Positions 40,268 to 49,222 of a DNA stretch of 64,000 nucleotides are shown piece after piece. How positions within the stretch are numbered: position 1 is the stretch's first letter; each line of letters opens with the position of its first letter. A program made the translations under genes and the position numbers. This stretch comes from Sphingobacteriales bacterium (lineage in GTDB: Bacteria > Bacteroidota > Bacteroidia > Chitinophagales > JADIYW01): NCBI GenBank assembly GCA_016719635.1, contig JADJYT010000002.1, positions 94,076 to 158,075 of the forward strand. The letters are read 5' to 3'. The notes under the pieces were generated by a model. That model saw only the letters and a list, made by a program, of their open reading frames with translations, was not told the DNA's origin and did not search any database.

Positions 40268-40777
40268 TTATTTCGCAAACAATTTTAGAATCTTATCCCA
40301 GAACCAGTTTTCCTCCGCTTTGAAAATGCCTTCTATCAGCCTGTCTACATTCAACGCCAGGCGGTGCACATCTTTCACCATCTTTTGGAAATGTTTCATT
40401 TCCTCCGTCTTGGGAAGATTGTCTATCTGTTTGATTTCTTCCAGTAGCTTCAGTATCGGGTCCAGTTCACGCGTTTTTCGGATTTTAGCGACCTGCTTCG
40501 CAATCTTCCATACATCTTTCTCTCCCACAAAGTAGTCCCGGCGTTCCCCATGTTTAAACACCTTGCTCACCAATCCCCAGTCAATCAGTTCGCGGATATT
40601 CATATTCACATTTCCTCTCGAAATGGCCAGCTCTTCCATGATATCCTCCGTGCTGAGTTCTTCTCCGGAGACCATCATCAGCGCATGTATCTGCGCCATC
40701 GTCTTATTGATTCCCCATTGCGAGCCGAGGGCACCCCACGCCTGCACAAACTGCCGTTTTGCTTCTTTTACATTCAT
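40268..40777 (-). CDS. GbsR/MarR-type winged-helix transcriptional regulator
   Basis: 169 aa. 'MAQIHALMMVSGEELSTEDIMEELAISRGNVNMNIRELIDWGLV' is a wHTH pattern typical of GbsR-like regulators. Confidence 0.7.
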   Translation of the reverse strand: MNVKEAKRQFVQAWGALGSQWGINKTMAQIHALMMVSGEELSTEDIMEELAISRGNVNMNIRELIDWGLVSKVFKHGERRDYFVGEKDVWKIAKQVAKIRKTRELDPILKLLEEIKQIDNLPKTEEMKHFQKMVKDVHRLALNVDRLIEGIFKAEENWFWDKILKLFAK

Positions 40778-40866
40778 ATCTCAAATATAATCATTACTTT
40801 ATAACTTTCAATAACTTCTGAAAATTTGAGTACAAAATCCATTTAATCAATATTTATCCCGAATTC

Positions 40867-40927
40867 TCACTCAAAACGACCGCTTACTCATTTACTTGAT
40901 TTAAATCAAAGATACCACGTAACATTG
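40867..40927 (+). promoter_or_regulatory. promoter-like module copy 2: boxes TCACTCA (40867-40873) and TTACTCA (40884-40890), perfect palindrome TTGATTTAAATCAA (40896-40909, containing the -33 TTG), and -7-like TAacATTG (40920-40927)
   Basis: Read directly from the sequence. GACCGCTTACTCA is shared exactly with copy 3. Confidence 0.5.
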
Positions 40928-40933
40928 AAGAAG

Positions 40934-41050
40934 AAAAAATTACCATAAACAAACCATAAAACTATGATTAACCTCTTCTTCTAACAATCATAGTGATTTT
41001 AATAATTCTTAGTTGCGTGTAGCTTGGGTGCAATGCCCGGGCTTTTTTTT
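40934..41050 (+). ncRNA. candidate small RNA or leader of about 115 nt (boundaries approximate)
   Basis: Predicted start about 7 nt after the -7 box. An 8-bp hairpin ctatgatt/aatcatag (40962-40969 pairs with 40986-40993) buries the ATG of a 6-codon mini-ORF (40964-40984, MINLFF*). The 16-nt loop is CU-rich. Ends at the terminator 41021-41050. Confidence 0.35.
41021..41050 (+). terminator. rho-independent terminator
   Basis: Stem agcttggg/cccgggct (8 bp including 2 G-U pairs), loop tgcaatg, followed by T8. Confidence 0.75.
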
Positions 41051-41055
41051 GCCTT

Positions 41056-41120
41056 TTACTCAACTAAATGACCGCTTACTCAGCAGCTTTGCCAATTCAA
41101 GACCGGGTTGATTAGATTTA
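41056..41120 (+). promoter_or_regulatory. promoter-like module copy 3: boxes TTACTCA (41056-41062 and 41076-41082, 20 nt apart), -33 TTTG (41088-41091), -7-like TAgaTTTA (41113-41120)
   Basis: Read directly. The spacing from the second box to the -33 element (5 nt) is the same as in copy 2. Confidence 0.45.
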
Positions 41121-41126
41121 GACTCA

Positions 41127-41193
41127 GAGTCATCATTTTCATAGAAGATGATATTTAGTTCATCCGCCGCACTTTTTTAAGTGCGGTTTTTTT
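41127..41193 (+). ncRNA. candidate small RNA of about 65 nt (boundaries approximate)
   Basis: Lies between module copy 3 and the terminator 41167-41193. No ORF. Has a short internal hairpin (atcat/atgat). Confidence 0.3.
41167..41193 (+). terminator. rho-independent terminator
   Basis: Stem ccgcact/agtgcgg (7 bp), loop ttttta, followed by T7. Located 105 nt upstream of dnaE. Confidence 0.75.
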
Positions 41194-41298
41194 ATTTCAT
41201 TTTCAGCCTGTTAGACTGTTGAAAAATAAAAACTGCCGGTTCGGGGCTTTCAAGGCCTTTCTGTTGTATTTTTAAGTTTCACATTTTCTACCCATTTT

Positions 41299-44200
41299 AT
41301 GTGCGATTTTGCCCCCCTTCATTGTCATACGCAGTACTCACTGCTGGACGGCGCAGCCGATATTGATTCCATGATTAAAAAGGCAAAAGCGGACAATATG
41401 CCCGCCGTTGCCATCACCGACCACGGCAACATGTTCGGTGTCTTCAAGCATTTTGCCGCCTGCAAAAAACACGGTGTGAAGCCTATTCTAGGCTGCGAGG
41501 TATATGTGGTGGAAGACCGTTTTAATAAAAAATTCACCCGCGAACACAGAGATAAACGATTCCACCAGCTGTTGTTGGCAAAAAACGAAACCGGCTATAA
41601 AAACCTGATGAAGATCGTGTCGCAGGGGTTCATCGACGGTATCTATATGGATTTCCCACGCGTGGACAGGGAACTGATCAAACAATATAAAGAAGGTATT
41701 ATTGCCACCACCTGTTGTATCGGAGCGGAAGTGCCGCAAACGATGATTTCAAAAGGGGTGGAAGCTGCGGAAAAAGTGTTTCTGGAATGGCTCGATATTT
41801 TCGGAGCGGATTATTACATCGAATTACAACGCCACGAAATTGACAATCTGGATGGCACCGGCTGGAGCCAGGAAGGCATCAACCAGGAGTTACTCAAATT
41901 CGCCGCAAAACACAAGGTGAAAGCCATTGCGACCAACGACTCGCACTATGTAGACCAGAAAGACAGCGAAGCGCATGATATTTTGCTGTGCCTCCAAACC
42001 GGCAAGGATTTCACTGACCCGGACCGCTTTAAGTTCCCGAACAATAAATTTTTCTTTAAGACGCAGTTTGAAATGAAGGAACTCTTTAAGGATGTTCCGC
42101 AGGCGATTGAAAATACACTGGAAATCGTGGAAAAAGTTCAATCCCTGAACTTGCAAAGAGATGTGCTCCTCCCCGCCTTTCAGCTGCCGGTTGGTTTCAA
42201 GGACCAAAATGAATACCTGAAATTTCTTACATTTGAAGGAGCACGCAGACGATGGGGTGAAATTTTACCCATCGACATTATCGACCGTCTGGACTTCGAG
42301 TTGAAAACCATTGAAAAGATGGGATTCCCGGGTTACTTCTTAATCGTGCAGGATTTCATCAATGAAGGCAGAAAGATGGGTGTTTCCATCGGGCCGGGCA
42401 GAGGTTCCGCAGCCGGTTCCGCAGTGGCATTTGCCATCGGCATTACAAATGTTGACCCCATCAAATACAACCTGCTCTTTGAGCGTTTCCTCAATCCCGA
42501 CCGGATTTCCATGCCGGATATAGATATTGATTTCGACGATGAAGGCAGGGAGCGCGTGATTAATTATGTCATCGATAAATACGGCAAAAACCAGGTGGCG
42601 CAAATTATCACCTACGGCACCATGGCGGCAAAAAGCTCCATCAAAGATGTGGGACGTGTGTTGAAAGTGCCTTTATCCGAAACGGATAAAATGTCCAAGC
42701 TGGTGCCGGAGCGCCCGAAAATCACGCTGGCAGATGCCTATAAGGAAGTGGAAGAACTGCGCAGCTACCGTACTCTGGAAGAAAGCGATATGCGCTTTAA
42801 GACACTGAAACTGGCGGAAAACCTGGAAGGTTCCATCCGCAACAGAGGCATCCATGCATCCGCCGTCATCATCGCGCCGGACGACATCGTAAATTATGTA
42901 CCGGTCTGTACCGCCAAGGACGCTGATTTACTGGTCACCCAGTTTGACGGCAACATCATTGAACAGGCCGGCATGCTGAAGATGGATTTTCTGGGGTTGA
43001 AAACCCTGACCATCCTGAGAGATGCCCTGCGTTTGATTGAAAAGAATCACGGCATTAAAATCAGCCTGGATGAAATCCCTTTAGACGATAAAAAAACATT
43101 TGAACTCTATCAGCACGGCGATACCATCGGCACGTTCCAGTTTGAAAGCCCGGGGATGCAAAAACACCTAAGGGATCTCAGGCCGGATAAATTTGACGAT
43201 CTGATTGCTATGAATGCACTCTACCGCCCGGGCCCGATGAGCTATATTCCGAAATTTATTAACCGAAAACACGGCAGGGAAAAAATTCAGTATGATTTGC
43301 CGCAGATGGAAGAATACCTGCAGGAAACCTACGGCATTACCGTCTATCAGGAGCAGGTGATGTTGTTGTCGCAGAAACTGGCCGGCTTTTCCAAGGGCAA
43401 AGCGGACGAGTTGCGTAAAGCGATGGGCAAGAAAGACAGAGCCAAATTAGATTCGCTGAAACCGCTTTATGTCGAAGGATGCAAAGCCAATAATCTCAAT
43501 GAAGAGATATGCCTGAAAATATGGGTGGACTGGGAAAAATTTGCGGAATACGCTTTCAACAAATCGCATTCCACCTGTTATGCATTCGTCGCTTTCCAGA
43601 CCGCGTACCTGAAAGCGCACTATCCTGCGGAATATATGGCGTCCGTATTATCGCACAACATGAGCGACATCAAACAGATCAATTTCTTCCTGAGTGAATG
43701 CCGAAGAATGGGCGTCCCTACACTGGGGCCGGATATCAACGAGAGCGATGTGAAGTTTTCCGTCAATAAAGCCGGTGAAATACGTTTTGCCCTCTCCGCT
43801 ATCAAGGGTGTGGGTGAAGCCGCCGTTACGGATATCATCATCGAACGGGAAAAGGAAGGCGCATTTAAAAATATTTTTGATTTAACGAGACGCGTAAACT
43901 CCCGTACCGTCAATAAAAAGAATATTGAGGCACTGGCACAGGCAGGTGCTTTTGACAGCTTCCAGAATGTTCACCGTGCGCAATATTTTCATGTGTACAA
44001 GGACAATTCCTCTTTCATAGAGCTTGCCATAAAATTCGGCAATAATGTGAAAGAACAAAATTCGTCCACCGCCTTTTCACTGTTCGGCGATACCATCGAT
44101 GCGCAAATACCAGAACCGGAAATACCACATGCCAATCCGTGGCAGCCATTTGAAAAGTTGCAGCGCGAAAAGGAAGTGATTGGCATTTATATTTCCGGGC

Positions 44201-44781
44201 ATCCGCTGGATGATTTTGACCTGGAAATAAAACACTTTTCCAATACGGACTTCGAGAGTATTGAATATTACAAAGATAAGGATGTCAGCATCGTGTGCAT
44301 GGTATCCTCCGTCAACAAACGCACCACCAAAAACGGCCGCCCCTGGGCTTCCGTAGTACTGGAAGACATCAGCTGCACTCTGGAAATCGCCTTATTCGGC
44401 GAAGATTACAACAAATTCATCGCCTTCCTCGATCCGGGCAACCGGATACTGGTTAAAGGCACGTATAAGAAAAGTTTCCGGGACGAGAATACCTATGAAC
44501 TCCGAATCCACCAGATGGAATTCCTGCAGGATGTGCTCGATAAATTTGCCCGGGGAATCCGCCTGTACATGCACTACAAAGACCTGGATGAGGAAAAAAT
44601 AGAACGAATCTTTAAAGTCGTCAGCAAACACAAAGGCAAAAAGGCATTTTCCATTTACCTGTTCGACGACAATGACCAACCGCTTACCTTTCATTCCGGG
44701 AAGACGGGTGTAAGTATCAGAAAAGAGCTTTTCACACAGCTCAACGCAATACCAAATGTAGCGGTAAAACTGATTGTCTGA
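41299..44781 (+). CDS. dnaE: DNA polymerase III subunit alpha
   Basis: PHP domain 'LHCHTQYSLLDGA', 'ITDHGNMFG', 'PDIDIDF', 'FNKSHSTCYA'. 1160 aa. Confidence 0.98.
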   Translation: MCDFAPLHCHTQYSLLDGAADIDSMIKKAKADNMPAVAITDHGNMFGVFKHFAACKKHGVKPILGCEVYVVEDRFNKKFTREHRDKRFHQLLLAKNETGYKNLMKIVSQGFIDGIYMDFPRVDRELIKQYKEGIIATTCCIGAEVPQTMISKGVEAAEKVFLEWLDIFGADYYIELQRHEIDNLDGTGWSQEGINQELLKFAAKHKVKAIATNDSHYVDQKDSEAHDILLCLQTGKDFTDPDRFKFPNNKFFFKTQFEMKELFKDVPQAIENTLEIVEKVQSLNLQRDVLLPAFQLPVGFKDQNEYLKFLTFEGARRRWGEILPIDIIDRLDFELKTIEKMGFPGYFLIVQDFINEGRKMGVSIGPGRGSAAGSAVAFAIGITNVDPIKYNLLFERFLNPDRISMPDIDIDFDDEGRERVINYVIDKYGKNQVAQIITYGTMAAKSSIKDVGRVLKVPLSETDKMSKLVPERPKITLADAYKEVEELRSYRTLEESDMRFKTLKLAENLEGSIRNRGIHASAVIIAPDDIVNYVPVCTAKDADLLVTQFDGNIIEQAGMLKMDFLGLKTLTILRDALRLIEKNHGIKISLDEIPLDDKKTFELYQHGDTIGTFQFESPGMQKHLRDLRPDKFDDLIAMNALYRPGPMSYIPKFINRKHGREKIQYDLPQMEEYLQETYGITVYQEQVMLLSQKLAGFSKGKADELRKAMGKKDRAKLDSLKPLYVEGCKANNLNEEICLKIWVDWEKFAEYAFNKSHSTCYAFVAFQTAYLKAHYPAEYMASVLSHNMSDIKQINFFLSECRRMGVPTLGPDINESDVKFSVNKAGEIRFALSAIKGVGEAAVTDIIIEREKEGAFKNIFDLTRRVNSRTVNKKNIEALAQAGAFDSFQNVHRAQYFHVYKDNSSFIELAIKFGNNVKEQNSSTAFSLFGDTIDAQIPEPEIPHANPWQPFEKLQREKEVIGIYISGHPLDDFDLEIKHFSNTDFESIEYYKDKDVSIVCMVSSVNKRTTKNGRPWASVVLEDISCTLEIALFGEDYNKFIAFLDPGNRILVKGTYKKSFRDENTYELRIHQMEFLQDVLDKFARGIRLYMHYKDLDEEKIERIFKVVSKHKGKKAFSIYLFDDNDQPLTFHSGKTGVSIRKELFTQLNAIPNVAVKLIV

Positions 44782-44797
44782 TTAAACATCTAACTAT

Positions 44798-45166
44798 ATG
44801 GCCATTCCAACACAATACCAGACCGTGATACCCTATCTGTTGCTGAAAGATGTGTTAGGGTTTCTGGATTTCGTACGCGAATTATTCGATGCAGAAATCG
44901 TACACCGGCATATGCACGATGACACCCATGTGGCGCATGCAGAAATTAAGATAGGCAACGCCACCATCATGTGCGGAACCTCCAATGAGGAATGGCCGCC
45001 CATGCATTCCAGTCTGTTCATCTATGTGGAAGACGCGGATATATCTTATCAAAAGGCATTGACACTGGGCGCCTCCGGCGTCATGGAACTCAGCAACCAG
45101 GATTATGGCAGAACCTGCGGCGTGAAAGATATGTACGGAAACACCTGGTGGATCACATCTGTCTAA
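44798..45166 (+). CDS. VOC/glyoxalase-family protein (PhnB-like)
   Basis: 122 aa. 'AHAEIKIGNATIM', 'DMYGNTWWI'. Confidence 0.75.
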   Translation: MAIPTQYQTVIPYLLLKDVLGFLDFVRELFDAEIVHRHMHDDTHVAHAEIKIGNATIMCGTSNEEWPPMHSSLFIYVEDADISYQKALTLGASGVMELSNQDYGRTCGVKDMYGNTWWITSV

Positions 45167-45391
45167 GCAACCTGTAAGCAGTATTTAGCAGGCAGAAGGC
45201 AGTGATTTAACTATAGTACTAGGTGTACTTTTTATTCATGCCGGGTGCTGTGGAAAAAACTTGGCACAGCGATTGTCATACGCTTTTCAACAAACTATTT
45301 CCTTTATGGAATGACCCTGATGTCAATGTAATTTATTACGAAGGATTGGGCGAATTCCATAAACGACATTGATCACACTAAAAGCATCTTT

Positions 45392-46225
45392 ATGAAAAAA
45401 GCATTTACACTCGCCCTTTCCATTGTCATCAGCAGTTCGATGTTCGCTGCTGCGGATTTTTACCTGAAATTAAATTCCAATGGAAATTACACGGTCAGCC
45501 TGAACAACCAGACACAGACCTCAGCCTCCAACATTTTCCGGTTCAACAACCTGGCCCCTGGAAATTATTTACTGAAAGTTCAGCAAGACGGCTTGTACGG
45601 ACGCATCCTTTACAATCAACCCGTCAGCTTAGCGGATGGCTACCGGACCGCAGCCGAAATGAATCCGAATTTCGTCCTCAGCATCATCGACAAAATGCCG
45701 CTGATACAAAATGCATGGTATCAGGATGGCCTGACGGGTTATCCCAACCATCCGCCATATGGCAACGGGCAAAACCAGCCTTATCCCCCAAAGCCGCATT
45801 ACCCAAAACCAAAAGATCCGAAAGGCTGCAACCACAGCTGTCCGTATCACAATGGCTACAACGGAAATGGCTACGGGCAATATTATCCTAATTATCCCAA
45901 TCCGTATTCCGGCAATAACGGCAATTACTACAACATGAAACTGATGGACGAAGCCGGTATGCAAAGCCTGATGCAAACCATGAAAAATGTTTCGTTTGAT
46001 GACAAGATGTACAACATTGCTAAAACGGCGTTAAAAAACAGAAGTGTTAAAACCAGTCAGGTACATCAGTTGCTGCAGTTGTTTTCCTTTGAAAAATACA
46101 AGCTGGACTTAGCCAAACATTTGTACGACAAAACCATTGATAAGGAAGACTATTACACGCTCTACAATGATTTTGATTTTGATTCTTACAGTTCACAACT
46201 GGATAAGTACATCAATTCAAAATAA
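45392..46225 (+). CDS. DUF4476-like secreted protein with a P/Y/N/G-rich linker
   Basis: Has a signal peptide. C-terminal 'FDDKMYNIAKTALKNRSVKTSQVHQLLQLFSFEKYKLDLAKHLYDK' is DUF4476-like, from memory. Confidence 0.65.
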   Translation: MKKAFTLALSIVISSSMFAAADFYLKLNSNGNYTVSLNNQTQTSASNIFRFNNLAPGNYLLKVQQDGLYGRILYNQPVSLADGYRTAAEMNPNFVLSIIDKMPLIQNAWYQDGLTGYPNHPPYGNGQNQPYPPKPHYPKPKDPKGCNHSCPYHNGYNGNGYGQYYPNYPNPYSGNNGNYYNMKLMDEAGMQSLMQTMKNVSFDDKMYNIAKTALKNRSVKTSQVHQLLQLFSFEKYKLDLAKHLYDKTIDKEDYYTLYNDFDFDSYSSQLDKYINSK

Positions 46226-46243
46226 CAGCTATTCACCATTATT

Positions 46244-46274
46244 AAAAAAAGCGTTCCGATGGAACGCTTTTTTT
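46244..46274. terminator. bidirectional rho-independent terminator between convergent genes
   Basis: A7 tract, stem agcgttcc/ggaacgct, then a T7 tract. Confidence 0.8.
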
Positions 46275-46425
46275 GATCAGCTTATGCCGAGTAGCTGCCC
46301 GGGAAATTATAGAAAGACTGTTTTCTGTCTTCCGGCAGGCAGGCGCTGCGTCCGCAAGGACGGCAAACAAATTCGTAAGGAGAGCTTAAAGGCAGTATTT
46401 AATAATTAGAAACCCTGTTAGTGTG

Positions 46426-47112
46426 TTACCACACACCGCATTTTTTGCAGAAGATGGCATCGTAAGCCGTTTCAATTACGGCAATGGTATGCGCGAAATC
46501 GTGGTTCAATCCCAAATCCCTTAATACCCTGTAATAGTTGCTGAAATTAGTGGCATCAAAATCATCTCTACGGACGGCGTTCTTTGACTTTGGCGCCAAT
46601 GGATACTCATTCAGCGCAATATCCCAGTAGGTGCCGCTTTCTTCAAAAAGCAAAATCATGGCTTCCAGTTCTTTTCCCACCAGGGTATCTTTAATCGATT
46701 CAGCTGCCTGTATACGCAGCTTATGAAAATCTTCCGCAGATTCCGCAGTGAACTTTTTGCCGGCCCTTATCCTATTCAATTCGGCAAGATACTTCAGAAC
46801 CGTTTCATCCTGCCTGAATGGTTTTCCCATTCTGGCGGCATACAGAGCCAATATATCTATATGTTTCACAGTATCCATTCCCAATGCGCCATAGACCTCA
46901 TTCAGATGCGCACCCTGTTCGCTGACCGTTTGTGTAATGGAAGCGAAAACCTTGTCAGGCGCCAATTTTCCATTCCCTAATTTATTTATAACTGGCTGAA
47001 TGGCTTTGGTATGCCAGGTATGCATATTTGACCTGTAATTATGATAGTCACAGGCTTTAGCATATATAAATCCACAGAGCAGAACAGCACAAGAAATAAT
47101 AATTTTTTTCAT
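46426..47112 (-). CDS. hypothetical secreted protein
   Basis: The ATG at 47112 gives the signal peptide 'MKKIIISCAVLLCGFIYAKA'. No family recognised. Confidence 0.6.
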   Translation of the reverse strand: MKKIIISCAVLLCGFIYAKACDYHNYRSNMHTWHTKAIQPVINKLGNGKLAPDKVFASITQTVSEQGAHLNEVYGALGMDTVKHIDILALYAARMGKPFRQDETVLKYLAELNRIRAGKKFTAESAEDFHKLRIQAAESIKDTLVGKELEAMILLFEESGTYWDIALNEYPLAPKSKNAVRRDDFDATNFSNYYRVLRDLGLNHDFAHTIAVIETAYDAIFCKKCGVW

Positions 47113-47365
47113 GGAGGGGAATTTTTTGTTTGATGTTAAAGATAAACCTGCTAAAGGTGAGCTGATTGCAGCCAAAATTATGCCAAATAAACCTGAAAAT
47201 CAACACAGCCGTTAAATTAATCAATTCACTATGGTATATACACTTCTCCTATCCACCCGTACAATTTAATGATGTCCGTCCCGTTTACCTTCATGTCAGC
47301 ATTAAAGATACAGAATACAGTCTATACGTTAAACTTTTTGATTAAATTACCATCTAACGAATACC

Positions 47366-48676
47366 ATGTTCCTGAAAAAGTGGTTTACCATCATACTCGT
47401 CACATTTGCATGCAGTATCCATGCACAACCGACGTATTTTCCACCTTTGTCCGGAACGACATGGGACACATTGTCGCCGAACCGTCTGGGCTGGTGCCAG
47501 CCAAAAATTGATTCCCTCTACAACTACCTTGAAAGTACCGGTACCGATGCTTTCATCATCCTGAAAGACGGCAAAATCGTTTTGGAAAAATATTTCGGCC
47601 TCTTCACGCAGGACTCCATTCATTACTGGGCTTCCGCGGGAAAAAGTTTAACGGCGATGATGGTAGGTATCGCACAGCAAAAAGGATTGTTGAACATCAA
47701 CGACTCCGTTTCCAGATACCTGGGGGTGGGATGGACCAGCGAAACACGCCAGAAAGAAAAACTGATTACCATCAAAAGCCTGCTGACCATGACCGGCGGA
47801 ATGGACGACCAGCCCGCATCACCCTGCGACAACCTAAGCCAGTTGCCGGCCTGCCTGCAATACAAGGCCGATGCCGGCACCAGATGGTCTTACCATACGG
47901 GTGCCTACCGGAAACTGGAAGATGTGGTAAGCACCGTTACCGGACAAAATTATACGGCTGCCACCAATACCTTTATCGGCAGCAAGATTGGTATGAACGG
48001 ACTATGGTTTCAGAGCGTGTATTACAGTAAACCACGCGACATGGCACGTTTCGGATTATTGGCGCTGAACAAAGGTATCTGGCACAATGATACGGTATTA
48101 AGGGACACCGCCTATTACCGGGCGATGACCAACACCTCCCAAAATTTCAATCTATCCTATGGTTATTTGTGGTGGCTGAACGGCAAAGCCTCCGCCATGG
48201 TGCCGTATTCCCAAATCGTGTTTCCGGTGAAACTGATCCGTAATGCACCCGATGACCTGATTTGTGCACTGGGCAAAAACGACCAGAAGATTTATGTGGT
48301 GCCGAGCCAAAAGATGGTGATTGTGCGCGTGGGCGGTTCGGCTTATGAGGCGGATGCCGTCTCCACCTACGATACCCTCATCTGGAGTTATATCAACAGA
48401 CTGAGTGATGGCTGCATGGCTTCCACTGTTATAGAAAACAAAATTGCACCTGACCTGAGACTCTTTCCGAACCCCGCCAATAATTTTATCACCTTCAGGG
48501 GCATGATGGAAACAAGCACCACTCATTACATCATTACCAACCTATACGGACAAACCATTTCCGAAGGCGATACACAGAACCACACGCTGGACATTTCAGC
48601 ATTGAGTGCCGGAACCTATATCCTAATGCTGCAAAACGAAGGACGGACGGCCACCGGGCAATTCATTAAACTGTAA
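47366..48676 (+). CDS. beta-lactamase-family serine hydrolase with a T9SS C-terminal sorting domain
   Basis: Has a signal peptide. SxxK motif 'SAGK'. C-terminal 'LFPNPANNFITF...LDISALSAGTYILMLQN' is a Por_Secre_tail-like domain. Confidence 0.8.
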   Translation: MFLKKWFTIILVTFACSIHAQPTYFPPLSGTTWDTLSPNRLGWCQPKIDSLYNYLESTGTDAFIILKDGKIVLEKYFGLFTQDSIHYWASAGKSLTAMMVGIAQQKGLLNINDSVSRYLGVGWTSETRQKEKLITIKSLLTMTGGMDDQPASPCDNLSQLPACLQYKADAGTRWSYHTGAYRKLEDVVSTVTGQNYTAATNTFIGSKIGMNGLWFQSVYYSKPRDMARFGLLALNKGIWHNDTVLRDTAYYRAMTNTSQNFNLSYGYLWWLNGKASAMVPYSQIVFPVKLIRNAPDDLICALGKNDQKIYVVPSQKMVIVRVGGSAYEADAVSTYDTLIWSYINRLSDGCMASTVIENKIAPDLRLFPNPANNFITFRGMMETSTTHYIITNLYGQTISEGDTQNHTLDISALSAGTYILMLQNEGRTATGQFIKL

Positions 48677-48727
48677 ACCTGGCCGGTTCGCCAAAAATAT
48701 GCTACTTTTGCCGCATACCCATAACAG

Positions 48728-48934
48728 ATGGACACCTTTGAAATTAAAGACGAACTCATTTTGCTGAACCAGTTGCTGAAAGTGCTGAACTGGTGCGAAA
48801 GCGGAGCGCTGGCGAATGCTGCCATTGAAGAAGGGCTGGTGAAAGTAAACGGCCAAACGGAACTGCGCAAACGCAACAAACTAACCAAAGGCGCGGTGGT
48901 GGAATTTGAGGGAAATAAGGTGAAGCTGGTATAA
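48728..48934 (+). CDS. S4-domain RNA-binding protein (YbcJ-like)
   Basis: 68 aa. 'LNQLLKVLNWCESGALANAAIEEGLVKVNGQTELRKRNKL'. Confidence 0.75.
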   Translation: MDTFEIKDELILLNQLLKVLNWCESGALANAAIEEGLVKVNGQTELRKRNKLTKGAVVEFEGNKVKLV

Positions 48935-49222
48935 ACAATTCTGTTTTGCGTCCTAAAAAAAGATTTTCATTATGGGCAAAGGCGTATGAAAAACGTTGTG
49001 ATGCTTCAACGTATTGTTAAACACCCATTATGTATGATGCTCAGAGAGGTTAAACACATACGCAAAACGGGTACCCCTGAACCTAAAGTGTACCCAAAAT
49101 ACGCAATGCGCAAAACAAGTACACATTTGCATTATTTACTTGATTATCAATTAATAAGATTTATTTCTAACTATTTGAATAAATGCAACAATTGCTTATA
49201 TTTATAAGTTAGCTGATATTTT

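Noticed and set aside
47254-47300. Possible fifth TTAC-box site upstream of the beta-lactamase-like gene ('gtcccgtttacc' here against 'atcccgtttact' at 62520)
   Set aside because: It is only a 10-nt match, the second box is poor, and the spacing (about 26 nt) and the -33/-7 elements do not fit the module. Matches of this size are expected by chance in 64 kb.
48986-49207. 73-aa ORF upstream of the HNH gene
   Set aside because: It lies in AT-rich promoter-like sequence and has no recognisable features. It is probably non-coding.
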